Of a stretch of 64,000 nt of DNA, positions 17,730 through 27,815 are shown in pieces. This DNA comes from Candidatus Magasanikiibacteriota bacterium (GTDB lineage Bacteria > Patescibacteriota > Patescibacteriia > Magasanikbacterales > GWA2-37-8). The stretch lies in the NCBI GenBank assembly GCA_943359595.1, contig CALRIA010000002.1, positions 10,417 through 74,416 on the forward strand, given 5' to 3'. Below the pieces are notes generated by a model. The model saw only the letters and a program-made list of their open reading frames with translations, was not told the origin of the DNA and ran no database searches. Each line of letters opens with the position of its first letter. Position 1 is the stretch's first letter. The translations under genes were made by a program, and so were the position numbers.

Positions 17730-18116
17730 ATGAGAATTGCTAGTACCAATATCCCCAATGATAAGAAGATTGCCTACGCTTTACCGTATGTTTACGGTAT
17801 TGGCCCAACTTTGGCAACCAAAATCTTAAAAGATGCGGGTATCGATGGAAACATTCGTGCCAAAGATCTGACCGAAGCTCAGCAAGATAAATTGCGTGCT
17901 ATCGTAGAAAAAGATTACAAAACTGAAGGTGATTTGCGTCGTGAAATCATGAGTAATATCAAGCGCTTGAAAGATGTTAAATGTTATCGTGGTATTCGTC
18001 ATATGAAACATTTACCAGTTCGTGGCCAACGCACCAAGACTAACTCTCGTACTGTGCGCGGCAATGTTCGCAAGACTGCAGTTAGTGGCAAGAAGTTGGC
18101 TGGTCAGAAGACTTAA
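17730..18116 (+). CDS. rpsM: 30S ribosomal protein S13
   Basis: MRIAS...YGIG...YRGIRH...LPVRGQRTKTNSRT. Start at ATG 17730. Confidence 0.96.
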   Translation: MRIASTNIPNDKKIAYALPYVYGIGPTLATKILKDAGIDGNIRAKDLTEAQQDKLRAIVEKDYKTEGDLRREIMSNIKRLKDVKCYRGIRHMKHLPVRGQRTKTNSRTVRGNVRKTAVSGKKLAGQKT

Positions 18117-18158
18117 AGTAGACGCTTGTTAATTTTAACTACCAGAGATTTATAAAAT

Positions 18159-18608
18159 ATGACAGAAAAAACAACAAATAAAACTGAAGAAGTTTCTGCT
18201 AAAGCTACCAAAGCTAAAGTAGGTTCTTCTAAAGCCAAGAAAAAGAAAGCTGTTGATCGTCAGGTTCCTCGCGCTAACGCTTATATCCAAGCTACTTACA
18301 ACAACACTATTATTACTATCTCTGATCCAAACGGCAACGTTTTGGGTTGGTCTAGTGCTGGTGTGGTTGGTTTCAAAGGTCCAAAAAAAGCTACTCCTTA
18401 TGCTGCTTCTCTAGTAACTAAAGATTTGATGGATAAGATTGCCGCTTATGCGGTAAAAGAAGTTAGTGTATTTGTGAAAGGCATTGGCGGTGGTCGTGAA
18501 GGTGCTATTCGCGCTCTTCATATCAATGGTTTGAATGTAGTGTCAATCAATGATGTAACTCCGATTCCACATAACGGTTGTCGTCAACCAAAGAGACGTA
18601 GAGTGTAA
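18159..18608 (+). CDS. rpsK: 30S ribosomal protein S11
   Basis: ATYNNT...[13 protein letters not shown]...[11 protein letters not shown]. Confidence 0.97.
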   Translation: MTEKTTNKTEEVSAKATKAKVGSSKAKKKKAVDRQVPRANAYIQATYNNTIITISDPNGNVLGWSSAGVVGFKGPKKATPYAASLVTKDLMDKIAAYAVKEVSVFVKGIGGGREGAIRALHINGLNVVSINDVTPIPHNGCRQPKRRRV

Positions 18609-18633
18609 TTTACCCTATTGTAATTAAAATATT

Positions 18634-19242
18634 ATGGCAAGACAAATTGGACCAAAACATAAATTATGTCGTAAGTACGGTGAAAAATTGTGCGATTCTC
18701 CAAAATGCCCATTGACCAAAAGAGCTTATCCAGCTGGTCAACATGGCCCAAGTAAGAAACGCCCAAAGATTTCCGGTTACGGCAAACAGCTTTTAGAAAA
18801 ACAGAAAGTAAAAAGAATTTACGGTATTTTGGAACGTCAATTTTCCAACTATGTTGCTGAAGCTTCTAAAAAAGTTGGTGATACTAGTAAAATTCTTTTA
18901 AATTATTTAGAATCCCGTTTAGATAACACTGTTTATCGTGCTGGTTTGGCATCTTCTCGTGCCGCCGCTCGTCAGATGGTTAATCATGGACATATTACTG
19001 TAAATGGTGAAAAGGTGGATATTGCATCTTATCGTGTTAAAGTTGGCCAAGTTATTGCTGCAAACGCAATATCAAAGAGTAAAAAATTATTCGAAGGTAT
19101 TACCGAGAAATTACAGAAAGTTGAAGCTCCTTCTTGGTTGGGTGTGGATAGCAAAGCTGTGGGTGCCAAGGTATTAAATGCACCAACAGTAGAAAATCCA
19201 AATTTTAATCCAAAAGTTATTATCGAGTTTTATTCTCGCTAA
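18634..19242 (+). CDS. rpsD: 30S ribosomal protein S4
   Basis: GQHG, LESRLDN, ARQMVNHGH, IIEFYSR. Confidence 0.97.
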   Translation: MARQIGPKHKLCRKYGEKLCDSPKCPLTKRAYPAGQHGPSKKRPKISGYGKQLLEKQKVKRIYGILERQFSNYVAEASKKVGDTSKILLNYLESRLDNTVYRAGLASSRAAARQMVNHGHITVNGEKVDIASYRVKVGQVIAANAISKSKKLFEGITEKLQKVEAPSWLGVDSKAVGAKVLNAPTVENPNFNPKVIIEFYSR

Positions 19243-19259
19243 TTATAAATTATTATCTT

Positions 19260-20051
19260 ATGGAGAACTTTCTTTTACCATCAAAAGTAGAATTTCAACC
19301 AGGCGAAACAGCACTTACTGGTGCTTTGGTAATTACCCCATGTTTTCATGGATACGGCACAACACTTGGCAACGCTTTGCGTCGTGTTCTGTTGTCCTCT
19401 TTGTCAGGTGGAGCAGTTGAAGCTTTCAAAATCAAAGGTACTCAACATGAATTTACAGCTGTCGAAGGTGTTCAGGAAGACATTGTAGAAGTAATGTTGA
19501 ATTTAAAACAATTGGCAGTGAAAGTTTATGGTGACGAATCTGTTACTTTGACTCTAACCAAAAAAGGACCAGGTCCAGTGACTGGAGCAGACATTGATAA
19601 AAATGCCAACGCCGAAGTGGTTAGTAAAGATTTGGTGATTTGTAATCTTACCAGCAATAAAACTTTAGAAATGGAAATTATTGTTGGCAAAGGACGCGGT
19701 TTTGTGCCAGTAGAAGAAAAAGATAAGAAAAACTATCCATTAGGTACAATTGTTATTGATTCTGTTTATACACCAGTAAAAGACGTTGGTTATAAAGTTG
19801 AATATACTCGTGTTGGTGATATCACTAATTATGAAAAATTAACTGTTAATATTGAAACGAACGGAACTATTTCTCCTGAAGATGCAGTTAATCAATCAGT
19901 AAAGATTTTGATCGATCACTTTTCAATTATTTTATCTAGTGTCGCTTCTTCACAACCTGAACCTGTTGCACAGGAGCCCGAAGCTGCTTTAGATGAACCA
20001 GTTGAAAAAGGAGAAGAAAAACCAAAAAAGAAAGTTTCTAAGAAAAAGTAA
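19260..20051 (+). CDS. rpoA: RNA polymerase alpha subunit (N-terminal domain only)
   Basis: GYGTTLGNALRRVLLSS, HEF, GRGFVP, RVGDITNYEKL. 263 aa. Confidence 0.95.
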   Translation: MENFLLPSKVEFQPGETALTGALVITPCFHGYGTTLGNALRRVLLSSLSGGAVEAFKIKGTQHEFTAVEGVQEDIVEVMLNLKQLAVKVYGDESVTLTLTKKGPGPVTGADIDKNANAEVVSKDLVICNLTSNKTLEMEIIVGKGRGFVPVEEKDKKNYPLGTIVIDSVYTPVKDVGYKVEYTRVGDITNYEKLTVNIETNGTISPEDAVNQSVKILIDHFSIILSSVASSQPEPVAQEPEAALDEPVEKGEEKPKKKVSKKK

Positions 20052-20073
20052 ATTATTAAGGATTTTTATTGAT

Positions 20074-20424
20074 ATGCGACATTTAGTAAAAAAAGCCACA
20101 TTAGATCGTAAAACTGCGGCGCGTCGCTCGCTTTTGGCCAATTTAGCAGAAAGTTTGATTATCTATGAAAAAATCAAAACTACTAAAGCTAAAGCCAAAG
20201 CTTTGCGTTCGCTTATTGAAAGACTAATTACAAAATCCAAACCAAATGATTTGGCTGCCCGTCGTCAATTGATGCGTGTTCTTTATACCAACAATGCCAT
20301 CAAAAAAATGTTGGAAGTAATTGGTCCACGTTATATCACAAGACCAGGTGGTTATACTCGCATTACTTTATTAGGTATTCGCAAAGGCGATGCTGGTGAA
20401 GAGGCGATGATTGAGTTTGTTTAA
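20074..20424 (+). CDS. rplQ: 50S ribosomal protein L17
   Basis: MRH...IKTTKAKAK...RPGGYTRI...RKGD. Start at ATG 20074. Confidence 0.96.
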   Translation: MRHLVKKATLDRKTAARRSLLANLAESLIIYEKIKTTKAKAKALRSLIERLITKSKPNDLAARRQLMRVLYTNNAIKKMLEVIGPRYITRPGGYTRITLLGIRKGDAGEEAMIEFV

Positions 20425-20439
20425 TAGTTAATTGAAATT

Positions 20440-20799
20440 ATGTCTACAAATAGAAAAACCATTGAAATTGATGCTACTGGGCAAGCCCCAGGTCGCTTGG
20501 CAACTAAAATTGCTACATTTTTGATGGGCAAACACAAAGTTAAATATACTCCTCATATTGATGCTGGAGACAAGGTGGTGATTACAAATTATGACAAGAT
20601 TGTTTTTACTGGTAAGAAAATGGAACAAAAACTTTATCGTCATCACACCAATCATCCAGGTGGTTTAAAAGAAAAGCAAGCCAAAACCGTGATGGCTGAA
20701 GGCCCAGAAGAAGTCATCAGATTTGCGGTCGCTAAGATGTTGCCAAAAAATAAATTACGCGATCAACGTATGATTCGCTTGCATTTTAAAAAATCATAA
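20440..20799 (+). CDS. rplM: 50S ribosomal protein L13
   Basis: IDA...GRLAT...YTPHIDAGD...MLPKNKL. Confidence 0.96.
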   Translation: MSTNRKTIEIDATGQAPGRLATKIATFLMGKHKVKYTPHIDAGDKVVITNYDKIVFTGKKMEQKLYRHHTNHPGGLKEKQAKTVMAEGPEEVIRFAVAKMLPKNKLRDQRMIRLHFKKS

Positions 20800-20801
20800 T
20801 T

Positions 20802-21206
20802 ATGACAAAACTCAGCACAACTGAATCAAATCGCGCTGTCGGACGTCGCAAACGTGCTTCTGCCCGTGTTCGTATTTCAAAAGGTACTGGCAAGATCACT
20901 ATCAATGGCATGGATTTCAAAGCATTTTTACCATATTTTGAATATCAAGATATCGTAATGGCTCCTCTGAAAGCCTTGGCTAAAGAAAAAGATTTAGATG
21001 TTTCTTGCTTAGTTCAAGGTGGCGGGAAAAAAGGTCAGGCAACTGCAGTGCAATTGGGTATTGCTCGCGCTTTAGTTCTTTGGAATGAAGAACTTAGAAA
21101 GACTTTAAAAACTCAAGGATACTTGACTCGAGATCCTCGCATCAAGGAAAGAAAGAAATTTGGTTTGAAAAAAGCTCGTCGTGCCGCTCAGTGGTCAAAA
21201 CGTTAA
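20802..21206 (+). CDS. rpsI: 30S ribosomal protein S9
   Basis: GRRKRA...LTRDPRIKERKKFGLKKARRAAQWSKR. Confidence 0.97.
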   Translation: MTKLSTTESNRAVGRRKRASARVRISKGTGKITINGMDFKAFLPYFEYQDIVMAPLKALAKEKDLDVSCLVQGGGKKGQATAVQLGIARALVLWNEELRKTLKTQGYLTRDPRIKERKKFGLKKARRAAQWSKR

Positions 21207-21216
21207 TTTGTTTATC

Positions 21217-21249
21217 AAAATCCTCCAATTCAATTGGGGGATTTTTTTT
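21217..21249 (+). terminator. Intrinsic terminator after rpsI
   Basis: AAAATCCTCCAATT-c-AATTGGGGGATTTTTTTT stem plus T-tract. Confidence 0.75.
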
Positions 21250-21314
21250 AGTTGTTATTGGTAAATTTTTGTGGTACTATTAAATTCAACCTATCTAGTT
21301 GGAGGGGAGCTGCC

Positions 21315-21530
21315 ATGCCAGATGAATTGGAAACGCCGCTTGAGACTGATCATTTTTTTTGTGTCAAACGCAAAAAAAATGTTTTATTGGGTGAATGTTT
21401 GGAAGAATATATGAATGTCAATGCATTCGTCGATAAAAAATCACCTTGTTATGATTGCCCACAAGGAAAGTCAAATCGGTATTGTTTTGGACACGGGCAA
21501 CCCTTGGAAAAAACTGCGCCAAGCAAATGA
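21315..21530 (+). CDS. Small Cys-rich hypothetical protein
   Basis: GGAGGGGAG upstream of the ATG. Five Cys including CYDC. Followed by a hairpin and T-tract at ~21601-21628. Confidence 0.5.
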   Translation: MPDELETPLETDHFFCVKRKKNVLLGECLEEYMNVNAFVDKKSPCYDCPQGKSNRYCFGHGQPLEKTAPSK

Positions 21531-21676
21531 GTCTATTTTGGCTCTTAACATTGGTAAGAATGGTAAATGGGTGACCACCACAAGTGTCGCCCCAATAAAC
21601 AAAATTCCCGATTTATTCGGGTTTTTTGTTTATTTTTTTATTTGATTTATGAGACGTTTTAGGGTAAAATAATATA

Positions 21677-23125
21677 ATGAAATCTTTTACTATTACGCAA
21701 AATACTTCTTTTTTAACGGCCGCTTCTGTTTTACAAAAAGTGATTTCTTTTGTATATTTTACGATTATTGCCAGAATTATTGGTGTGGAAAACACTGGTG
21801 TTTATTTTTTTGCAATCACTTTTACCACTATTTTTACTGTGGTAGCGGATTTTGGAATGGGACCGGTACTAACGAGGGAAGTAGCTCGTTATCCAGATAA
21901 AAGTGAACAATATTTACATACGGCTTTTTGGGCAAAAGTAATGTTTGGCATGGTTAGCTATGGTTTGGTGATTTTCTTTATCAATATTTTAGACTATCCT
22001 TATTTAACAAAATTATTGGTTAGTATTTCCGGTGTTACAATGTTTTTTGATAATTTACATGCGGCTTTTTATTCTATTTTTCGGGCTCGTAAAAATTTGA
22101 TCTATGAGTCGATTGGTATTGTGGCTTCACAGGCAATTACGTTAGTAGTTGGTTCTGTCGCTTTGTTTAATGGTTGGCCGTTGTATTGGTTGATTTTGGC
22201 CTATACTATTCCAGCATTTTTAAATTTTATTTTTTCAGCATTTTTTTTAAAAAAAATATATGGTTTAGTATATCGTTGGTCGTTTAATTTTAATATTTTT
22301 AAAATGTTTTTGGGATTTGCGTTGCCATTTGCACTGGCTGGTATTATCGGACGCTTATATTCCTATAGTGATTCTTTGCTGATGTCTAAAATGCTGTCGG
22401 CTCAGGAACTGGGGTGGTGGAGTGTACCTTATAAAATTACTTTTGCTTTTCAATTTATACCGATGGCTTTATCGGCTAGTGTTTATCCAGTGATGAGTGG
22501 GTTATTTTTAACTCAAAAAGATAAAATCGGTGATTTATTTTTAAAATCTTGGCGTTATTTGTTTACTATTGTTTTTCCAATATCTTTTGGTTTGATGGCG
22601 TTGGCTACTCCAATTATTATTAAATTATACAAATCACAGTTTGCACCCGCTATTCCGGTTCTAAGAATCTTATTGATTAGCCTAATTTTTGGTTATTTAA
22701 GTTTTATTACTGGTGCTACTTTAAATGCTAGTAATAGGCAAAAAACTCAAACTTTCTTATTAGCGTTTGCTTTGGTGGTAAATATTTTTTTGAATCTATT
22801 GTTGTTACCTAAAATAGGTATTATTGGAGCGGCTTATGCGGCACTGTTAAGTAATATTATTTTAAGTATTGGTGGTTTTTGGTTTTGTCGCAACATTATT
22901 TTGATTGATTTTGCTATGTTGTTTAAATATTTTAATCAAACTTTTTGGCCAGCAGTTTTAATGGCTATTTTAGCGTTTTATTTATCCACTAAAATTAGTT
23001 TTTTGATTATTATTCCTCTTGCCGCCATCATTTATGGATTGTTGTTGTTTATTTTTGGTGGAATTGATAGAGAACTAATTTTAAGATTTTATAATAAAAT
23101 TCTTGATTCTAAAAAAGTTGTATGA
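21677..23125 (+). CDS. Wzx-type polysaccharide flippase
   Basis: Many transmembrane segments, ADFGMGPVLTREVAR, polysaccharide-biosynthesis family pattern. Confidence 0.85.
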   Translation: MKSFTITQNTSFLTAASVLQKVISFVYFTIIARIIGVENTGVYFFAITFTTIFTVVADFGMGPVLTREVARYPDKSEQYLHTAFWAKVMFGMVSYGLVIFFINILDYPYLTKLLVSISGVTMFFDNLHAAFYSIFRARKNLIYESIGIVASQAITLVVGSVALFNGWPLYWLILAYTIPAFLNFIFSAFFLKKIYGLVYRWSFNFNIFKMFLGFALPFALAGIIGRLYSYSDSLLMSKMLSAQELGWWSVPYKITFAFQFIPMALSASVYPVMSGLFLTQKDKIGDLFLKSWRYLFTIVFPISFGLMALATPIIIKLYKSQFAPAIPVLRILLISLIFGYLSFITGATLNASNRQKTQTFLLAFALVVNIFLNLLLLPKIGIIGAAYAALLSNIILSIGGFWFCRNIILIDFAMLFKYFNQTFWPAVLMAILAFYLSTKISFLIIIPLAAIIYGLLLFIFGGIDRELILRFYNKILDSKKVV

Positions 23126-24240
23126 GAAGATTAATTATCACTCTAGAATACCCTCCAGTAATTGGAGGCATAGCTACTTATGTTTTTAACTTGGCCTCTC
23201 ATTTGCCAGTGCAAGACACTGTAGTGTATGCCCCAACAAACAAAAAACAAGCCGAGTTTGATTTTAAAAATCCATGGAAAACTTATCGTTTAGATCCGTA
23301 TTGGGGTTTTATTTGGCCAAAATGGTTACGGTTATTTTTTCAGATTATCACCTTGATAAATCAAGAAAAAATTGAGATGTTATACATCAATCATATTCTA
23401 CCAGTTGGATATGTGGCCTATTTGGTGAAGAAATTTAAAAAAATTCCTTTTACTTTATTTTTACACGGTACGGATATTACCGTTGCCGTTGGAAACAAAA
23501 GTAAACGTAATAAATTTATTAAGCTTTGCAAAGAAGCAAAGACTGTAGTTGTAAATAGCGAGTTTTTAAAAAATAAATTATTAGACATAGTAGATAGTTT
23601 GAATGATGTTCGAGTACTTTATCCATGTCCGAGTGATTTATTTTTAGAAGTCCAAGTCGATAAGTTGGAGATTGCAGCTTTACGCTCACGCCTGGCTCTT
23701 GGTGGTAAAAAAGTAATTTTAACCGTGGCTCGCATGGTGGAGGGTAAAGGTTTTCCTCATATGATCAGAATGTTGCCGGAGATTTTAAAAAAAGTTCCCA
23801 ATATGGTTTGGCTCGTTATTGGTGACGGTCCTAAAAATAAAGAAATTTTTGAAATGGTTAAAAAAAATTCATTACAAAATGTTGTACGTTTTTTGGGCAA
23901 TGTTGATCCGCAGGAATTGTACAAATATTATCATTTGGCTGATTTGTTTGTACTGCTGACGCACAAAGATGAGACTCACGAAGAGGGATGGGGAACAGTA
24001 TTTCTGGAAGCGGCTGCCTGTGGTCTGCCGGTGGTGGCGGGAAGAGTGGGCGGTGTCGAAGAAGCGGTGCTGGACGGTCAAACTGGGACGGTGGTAGATG
24101 TTTATAATGATCAGAGTGTTATACCTGGTATTATAAACATTCTAACTCATCAAGATATTGCTCAGAAAATGGGCCAAGCCGGCAAAGAACGCGTAGTTAA
24201 TTATTTTCGTTGGAAAAGTGAGGTTTCAAAATTATTATGA
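23122..24240 (+). CDS. Glycosyltransferase family 4
   Basis: YPPVIGG...EGWGTVFLEAAACGLPVV. Confidence 0.92.
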   Translation: MRRLIITLEYPPVIGGIATYVFNLASHLPVQDTVVYAPTNKKQAEFDFKNPWKTYRLDPYWGFIWPKWLRLFFQIITLINQEKIEMLYINHILPVGYVAYLVKKFKKIPFTLFLHGTDITVAVGNKSKRNKFIKLCKEAKTVVVNSEFLKNKLLDIVDSLNDVRVLYPCPSDLFLEVQVDKLEIAALRSRLALGGKKVILTVARMVEGKGFPHMIRMLPEILKKVPNMVWLVIGDGPKNKEIFEMVKKNSLQNVVRFLGNVDPQELYKYYHLADLFVLLTHKDETHEEGWGTVFLEAAACGLPVVAGRVGGVEEAVLDGQTGTVVDVYNDQSVIPGIINILTHQDIAQKMGQAGKERVVNYFRWKSEVSKLL

Positions 24241-24956
24241 ATGATTTAGTTAGTATCATAATCCCAGTTTTTAACCATGCTCATACGCTTGAGGCTTGCT
24301 TGGGAACGGTGGTGTGGCAGGCTTACAAACAGCCTATTGAAGTTATTATAGTAAATGATGGTAGTACTGATAATTTTCAAGAAACATTGGAAAATATTTT
24401 CGATAAATATCCAGATATTAAAGCTTTAAATCCAATAGTGATTAATCAAGCAAATTTGGGTGCCCCAGCCGCTCGCAATCATGGGTTTAAAGAATCTCAT
24501 GGAGATTATATTATTTTTGTGGATGCCGATACTATTTGTTCTCCACATATGATTGAAACTATGAAGTTGGCTTTAGACCAAAACGCAAAGGCGAGTTATG
24601 CTTATAGTCAATTTAGATTTGGATGGAAAAAAATAAAGAGTCATATTTTTGATTCCGCTCTTTTGAAACAGATCAATTATATCGATGTAACCTCATTAAT
24701 TCGCACCAAAGATTTTGTGCCATTTGATGAATCTATAAAACGCTTTCAAGATTGGGATTTGTGGTTAACAATGTTAGAACAAGATAAAACTGGTATTTTT
24801 ATACCAGAAATACTATATAAAAAAATTGTTCGAGGACGAAAAGGTATCAGTAATTGGTTGCCAAGTTGGTTTTATAAATTACCTTGGAAAACAAACACAG
24901 TGATTGATTATGAACAGGCAAAAAGAATAATATTTAAAAAACACGGTCTTGCATAA
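24237..24956 (+). CDS. Glycosyltransferase family 2
   Basis: SIIIPVFN, VNDGSTD, ARNHG, FVDAD, QDWDLW. Confidence 0.92.
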   Translation: MNDLVSIIIPVFNHAHTLEACLGTVVWQAYKQPIEVIIVNDGSTDNFQETLENIFDKYPDIKALNPIVINQANLGAPAARNHGFKESHGDYIIFVDADTICSPHMIETMKLALDQNAKASYAYSQFRFGWKKIKSHIFDSALLKQINYIDVTSLIRTKDFVPFDESIKRFQDWDLWLTMLEQDKTGIFIPEILYKKIVRGRKGISNWLPSWFYKLPWKTNTVIDYEQAKRIIFKKHGLA

Positions 24957-24970
24957 GATCGTGTTTTTTT
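24936..24970. terminator. Bidirectional terminator
   Basis: AAAAAACACGGTCTT-gcat-AAGATCGTGTTTTTT between convergent genes. Confidence 0.7.
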
Positions 24971-24981
24971 AGACAATTTTT

Positions 24982-26394
24982 TTAAACAGAATAATTAATC
25001 AAATTATTTTTTATTGACGAAAAAAGTGTTATAAAAAGTAAAATACCAAAGACATGGAATAGTCCTGGGCTGGTAATATTAATGATTAAAAAACTATATA
25101 AAATAGCTAAAAATATCTGAGAGTTATCTAAATATTTTGTTTTATAAATTTTATAATTGATGTAAATTATAAAAAATATCCAAGCTGTCAAACCATATAA
25201 TCCCATCTCTGCTAAAATCTCCAAATAACCCCAATCAAAATTTGGTGTAATAATATTAGTTTTAAAAATTGGACTATAAACCGTAATACTATCACCTAAG
25301 CCGCTACCTAAGATTGGGTGTAATTTAATTTCTTCCAAAATTTTTGGCAATAAAAGTAATCTGCTCAGTGAACTTTCCTCCATTTGTGGGCTAGCGATGC
25401 TTTGTAAACGTAATCCAAATATTTCCAAACCAAAGCTTTGACCACGACTGGCCAAAGTGTGAATAATAACAAAAATTAGCATAAAGCCAATAGTTGTCAG
25501 AATTGAAACAGCCAGCCAACGCTTCCATTTTTTAAATGAAAATAATGCAAGTGTTCCAACAGCCAAGGCAACTATGTAAATACGGGTTAGATTATTGGCC
25601 AAAATAAACAATAAACTAAACAAAACAGAAATATTAATTTTATTAATTTTATTTTTTATGATATCACCAAGAAAATAAAGTGCTAGAGGTATAAGCAAAA
25701 GGTGTTCGTTTAAAACTAAACGATAAAAATGGAAATTTAAATCAGTAATTTTTCCAAGAGCCACATCTCGGTACCAATGATAATAATTGTCCTGCAAAAT
25801 AAACAATCCTGATGATAAGCCGGTCTGCGTTATTAAAATCATTAGTGCGTTGCCAAAAATCGCTGCCACAATAGCATGTTTGCCTAGTTCGCGAAACCGG
25901 TCTAATAGCCACAATTCACAAAGTGGAAAATAGTATAATAAAAACAGATAAGGGATAAAATCAGAAAAGATAGCTGAACGTCCATGGTTCATATATAAGC
26001 CTCGCAAAGCGGCTAAACACGCCGCGCCAATTAGCGCTAAAATCAAACTGTGTTCTATCTTGATTTGTTTTAAAAGAGTAATTTTTGTTAATAATATTTT
26101 TTGAATAAAAAATATGGTAGTCGATACTAGCAACAAGGCTGTGCGTAATGAAATAAAACCAAGTTTTAAATAGCCGCCCGATCCGCCTAAAATAATTTCG
26201 AGAGCCACTATATACCAGCCGCGTTCGTCTTTTTTAAAAATCCAGTAAGTGGCCAAAGCTAAAATTAAAAAAGACACCAAGGTGTTTAGTGGATTTTGTA
26301 TTAGCAGTGGTGTGGCGGGGGTAAAAAAAAAGGAAAATAAACGAACTGCAAAATACAAAGCAACAAATTTAGTTATGGTATTTTTGGAGTTCAT
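24982..26394 (-). CDS. O-antigen ligase/polymerase-like membrane protein
   Basis: Multi-TM protein with HPILGSGLG...YLEILAEMGLYGL (Wzy_C-like). Confidence 0.75.
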   Translation of the reverse strand: MNSKNTITKFVALYFAVRLFSFFFTPATPLLIQNPLNTLVSFLILALATYWIFKKDERGWYIVALEIILGGSGGYLKLGFISLRTALLLVSTTIFFIQKILLTKITLLKQIKIEHSLILALIGAACLAALRGLYMNHGRSAIFSDFIPYLFLLYYFPLCELWLLDRFRELGKHAIVAAIFGNALMILITQTGLSSGLFILQDNYYHWYRDVALGKITDLNFHFYRLVLNEHLLLIPLALYFLGDIIKNKINKINISVLFSLLFILANNLTRIYIVALAVGTLALFSFKKWKRWLAVSILTTIGFMLIFVIIHTLASRGQSFGLEIFGLRLQSIASPQMEESSLSRLLLLPKILEEIKLHPILGSGLGDSITVYSPIFKTNIITPNFDWGYLEILAEMGLYGLTAWIFFIIYINYKIYKTKYLDNSQIFLAILYSFLIINITSPGLFHVFGILLFITLFSSIKNNLINYSV

Positions 26395-26411
26395 TGGTCT
26401 AAAATTATTGG

Positions 26412-27311
26412 CTATAAAATATTTTTAAATCCATTTATAAATTCTTTTGCCTGCATCGGATTTTTTCCTTCAAGTTGTATTTTGATAATTTCAATTGAGG
26501 TATTTTGTGCGCAACCAGCAAATAATTTATCCTGTTGGGAAATAAGTTTACCTTGTTTAACTTTTTCGTGAGCAGGTTTGACTTCTAATAATTTTAAACG
26601 TTGACCGTTGTATTCGGTCCAAATTCCAGGCCATGGAGTAAGTCCACGATAGAGATTATAAATTTGTTCGCTAGTTTTGTCCCAGTCAATTTTACCATCA
26701 TCACGAGTAAATTCTTTACAAAAGGTGGCTTCATCGTGCAATTGTGTTTGTGAGGTTATTTTCCCTTCCACATAGTCACTGGCGGTCTTTATTAGTAGGT
26801 CAGGGGCGATTGCCAATAATTTATTATTTAGTTCTACAAAAGTGTCGTCTGAATCAATTGTAATTTTTTGTTGTTTTAATATATCGCCGTGATCCATTTT
26901 TTCGTCCATCAGCATTACAGTAATACCTGTTTCCTTTTCACCGTTGATTAAAGCTGATTGAATAGGGGAGGCACCACGATATTTTGGTAGTAAAGAAGTG
27001 TGAACGTTAATTGACGCGTGCTTGGCCGTATCTAGGATAACTTTAGGGATGATTAGCCCGTACTGGCAAGTGATGTTTAAATCTGCCGCTGTTGGAAGAA
27101 TGTAATTTTTTAAAGTTTCTGGTTGTTCAATTTTTAAGTTATATTTTTGAGCAATAATTTTTACTGGTGACTTTTGAATCTCTTTTTTTCTGCCAGCTGG
27201 ACGATCTGGTTGAGTAACAACTAATTTTATATCAAAAAGTTTACTATCAATTAGTGACTCTAAAATATGAGCAGAAAAATGATGGGTACCAAAATAAACA
27301 ACAGAAATCAT
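26412..27311 (-). CDS. fmt: Methionyl-tRNA formyltransferase
   Basis: VTQPDRPAGR, NVHTSLLPKYRGASP, PWPG. Confidence 0.96.
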   Translation of the reverse strand: MISVVYFGTHHFSAHILESLIDSKLFDIKLVVTQPDRPAGRKKEIQKSPVKIIAQKYNLKIEQPETLKNYILPTAADLNITCQYGLIIPKVILDTAKHASINVHTSLLPKYRGASPIQSALINGEKETGITVMLMDEKMDHGDILKQQKITIDSDDTFVELNNKLLAIAPDLLIKTASDYVEGKITSQTQLHDEATFCKEFTRDDGKIDWDKTSEQIYNLYRGLTPWPGIWTEYNGQRLKLLEVKPAHEKVKQGKLISQQDKLFAGCAQNTSIEIIKIQLEGKNPMQAKEFINGFKNIL

Positions 27312-27313
27312 AT

Positions 27314-27814
27314 TTATAATTCTTGTTCAGAAGATTTTATTTTTTGTAATTTTCTAGCTTTTTCGATAAATAATATGCCGTTGAGGTGGTCAACTTCATG
27401 TTGAACTATGCGAGCCGAAAAATCTCTAGCTTCAAATTCAATTTTCTCCCCTAACTGGTTTAGGGCCTGTACCTTAATTTTGGTATAGCGTTTTACTTCT
27501 CCATATACTAAAGGTACAGATAAACAACCTTCAGTGTCCCACGCTTTTAAAATTGAAATCTTTTTCCAAATCGGATTTATTAATATCAAATCTTCGTTTT
27601 TATTGAGTGGAGAAAATTTTTTGGCGATTACACATAGTTGTAAAGATTCTCCAACCTGAGGAGCGGCGATGCCGACGCCGTCTTTAAAATACATAGTTTC
27701 TACCATGTTTTTAATCAATTTTTTAATTTCTAGTGTAGCCAATTCAGCTACGGTGAGATCGCGGCCCTTTTTATGTAATATTGGATTTGGCTCTAAAGTG
27801 ACTTCTAAAAGCAT
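27314..27814 (-). CDS. def: Peptide deformylase
   Basis: GVGIAAPQVG, EGCLS, QHEVDHLNG. Start at ATG 27814. Confidence 0.97.
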   Translation of the reverse strand: MLLEVTLEPNPILHKKGRDLTVAELATLEIKKLIKNMVETMYFKDGVGIAAPQVGESLQLCVIAKKFSPLNKNEDLILINPIWKKISILKAWDTEGCLSVPLVYGEVKRYTKIKVQALNQLGEKIEFEARDFSARIVQHEVDHLNGILFIEKARKLQKIKSSEQEL

Positions 27815-27815
27815 A

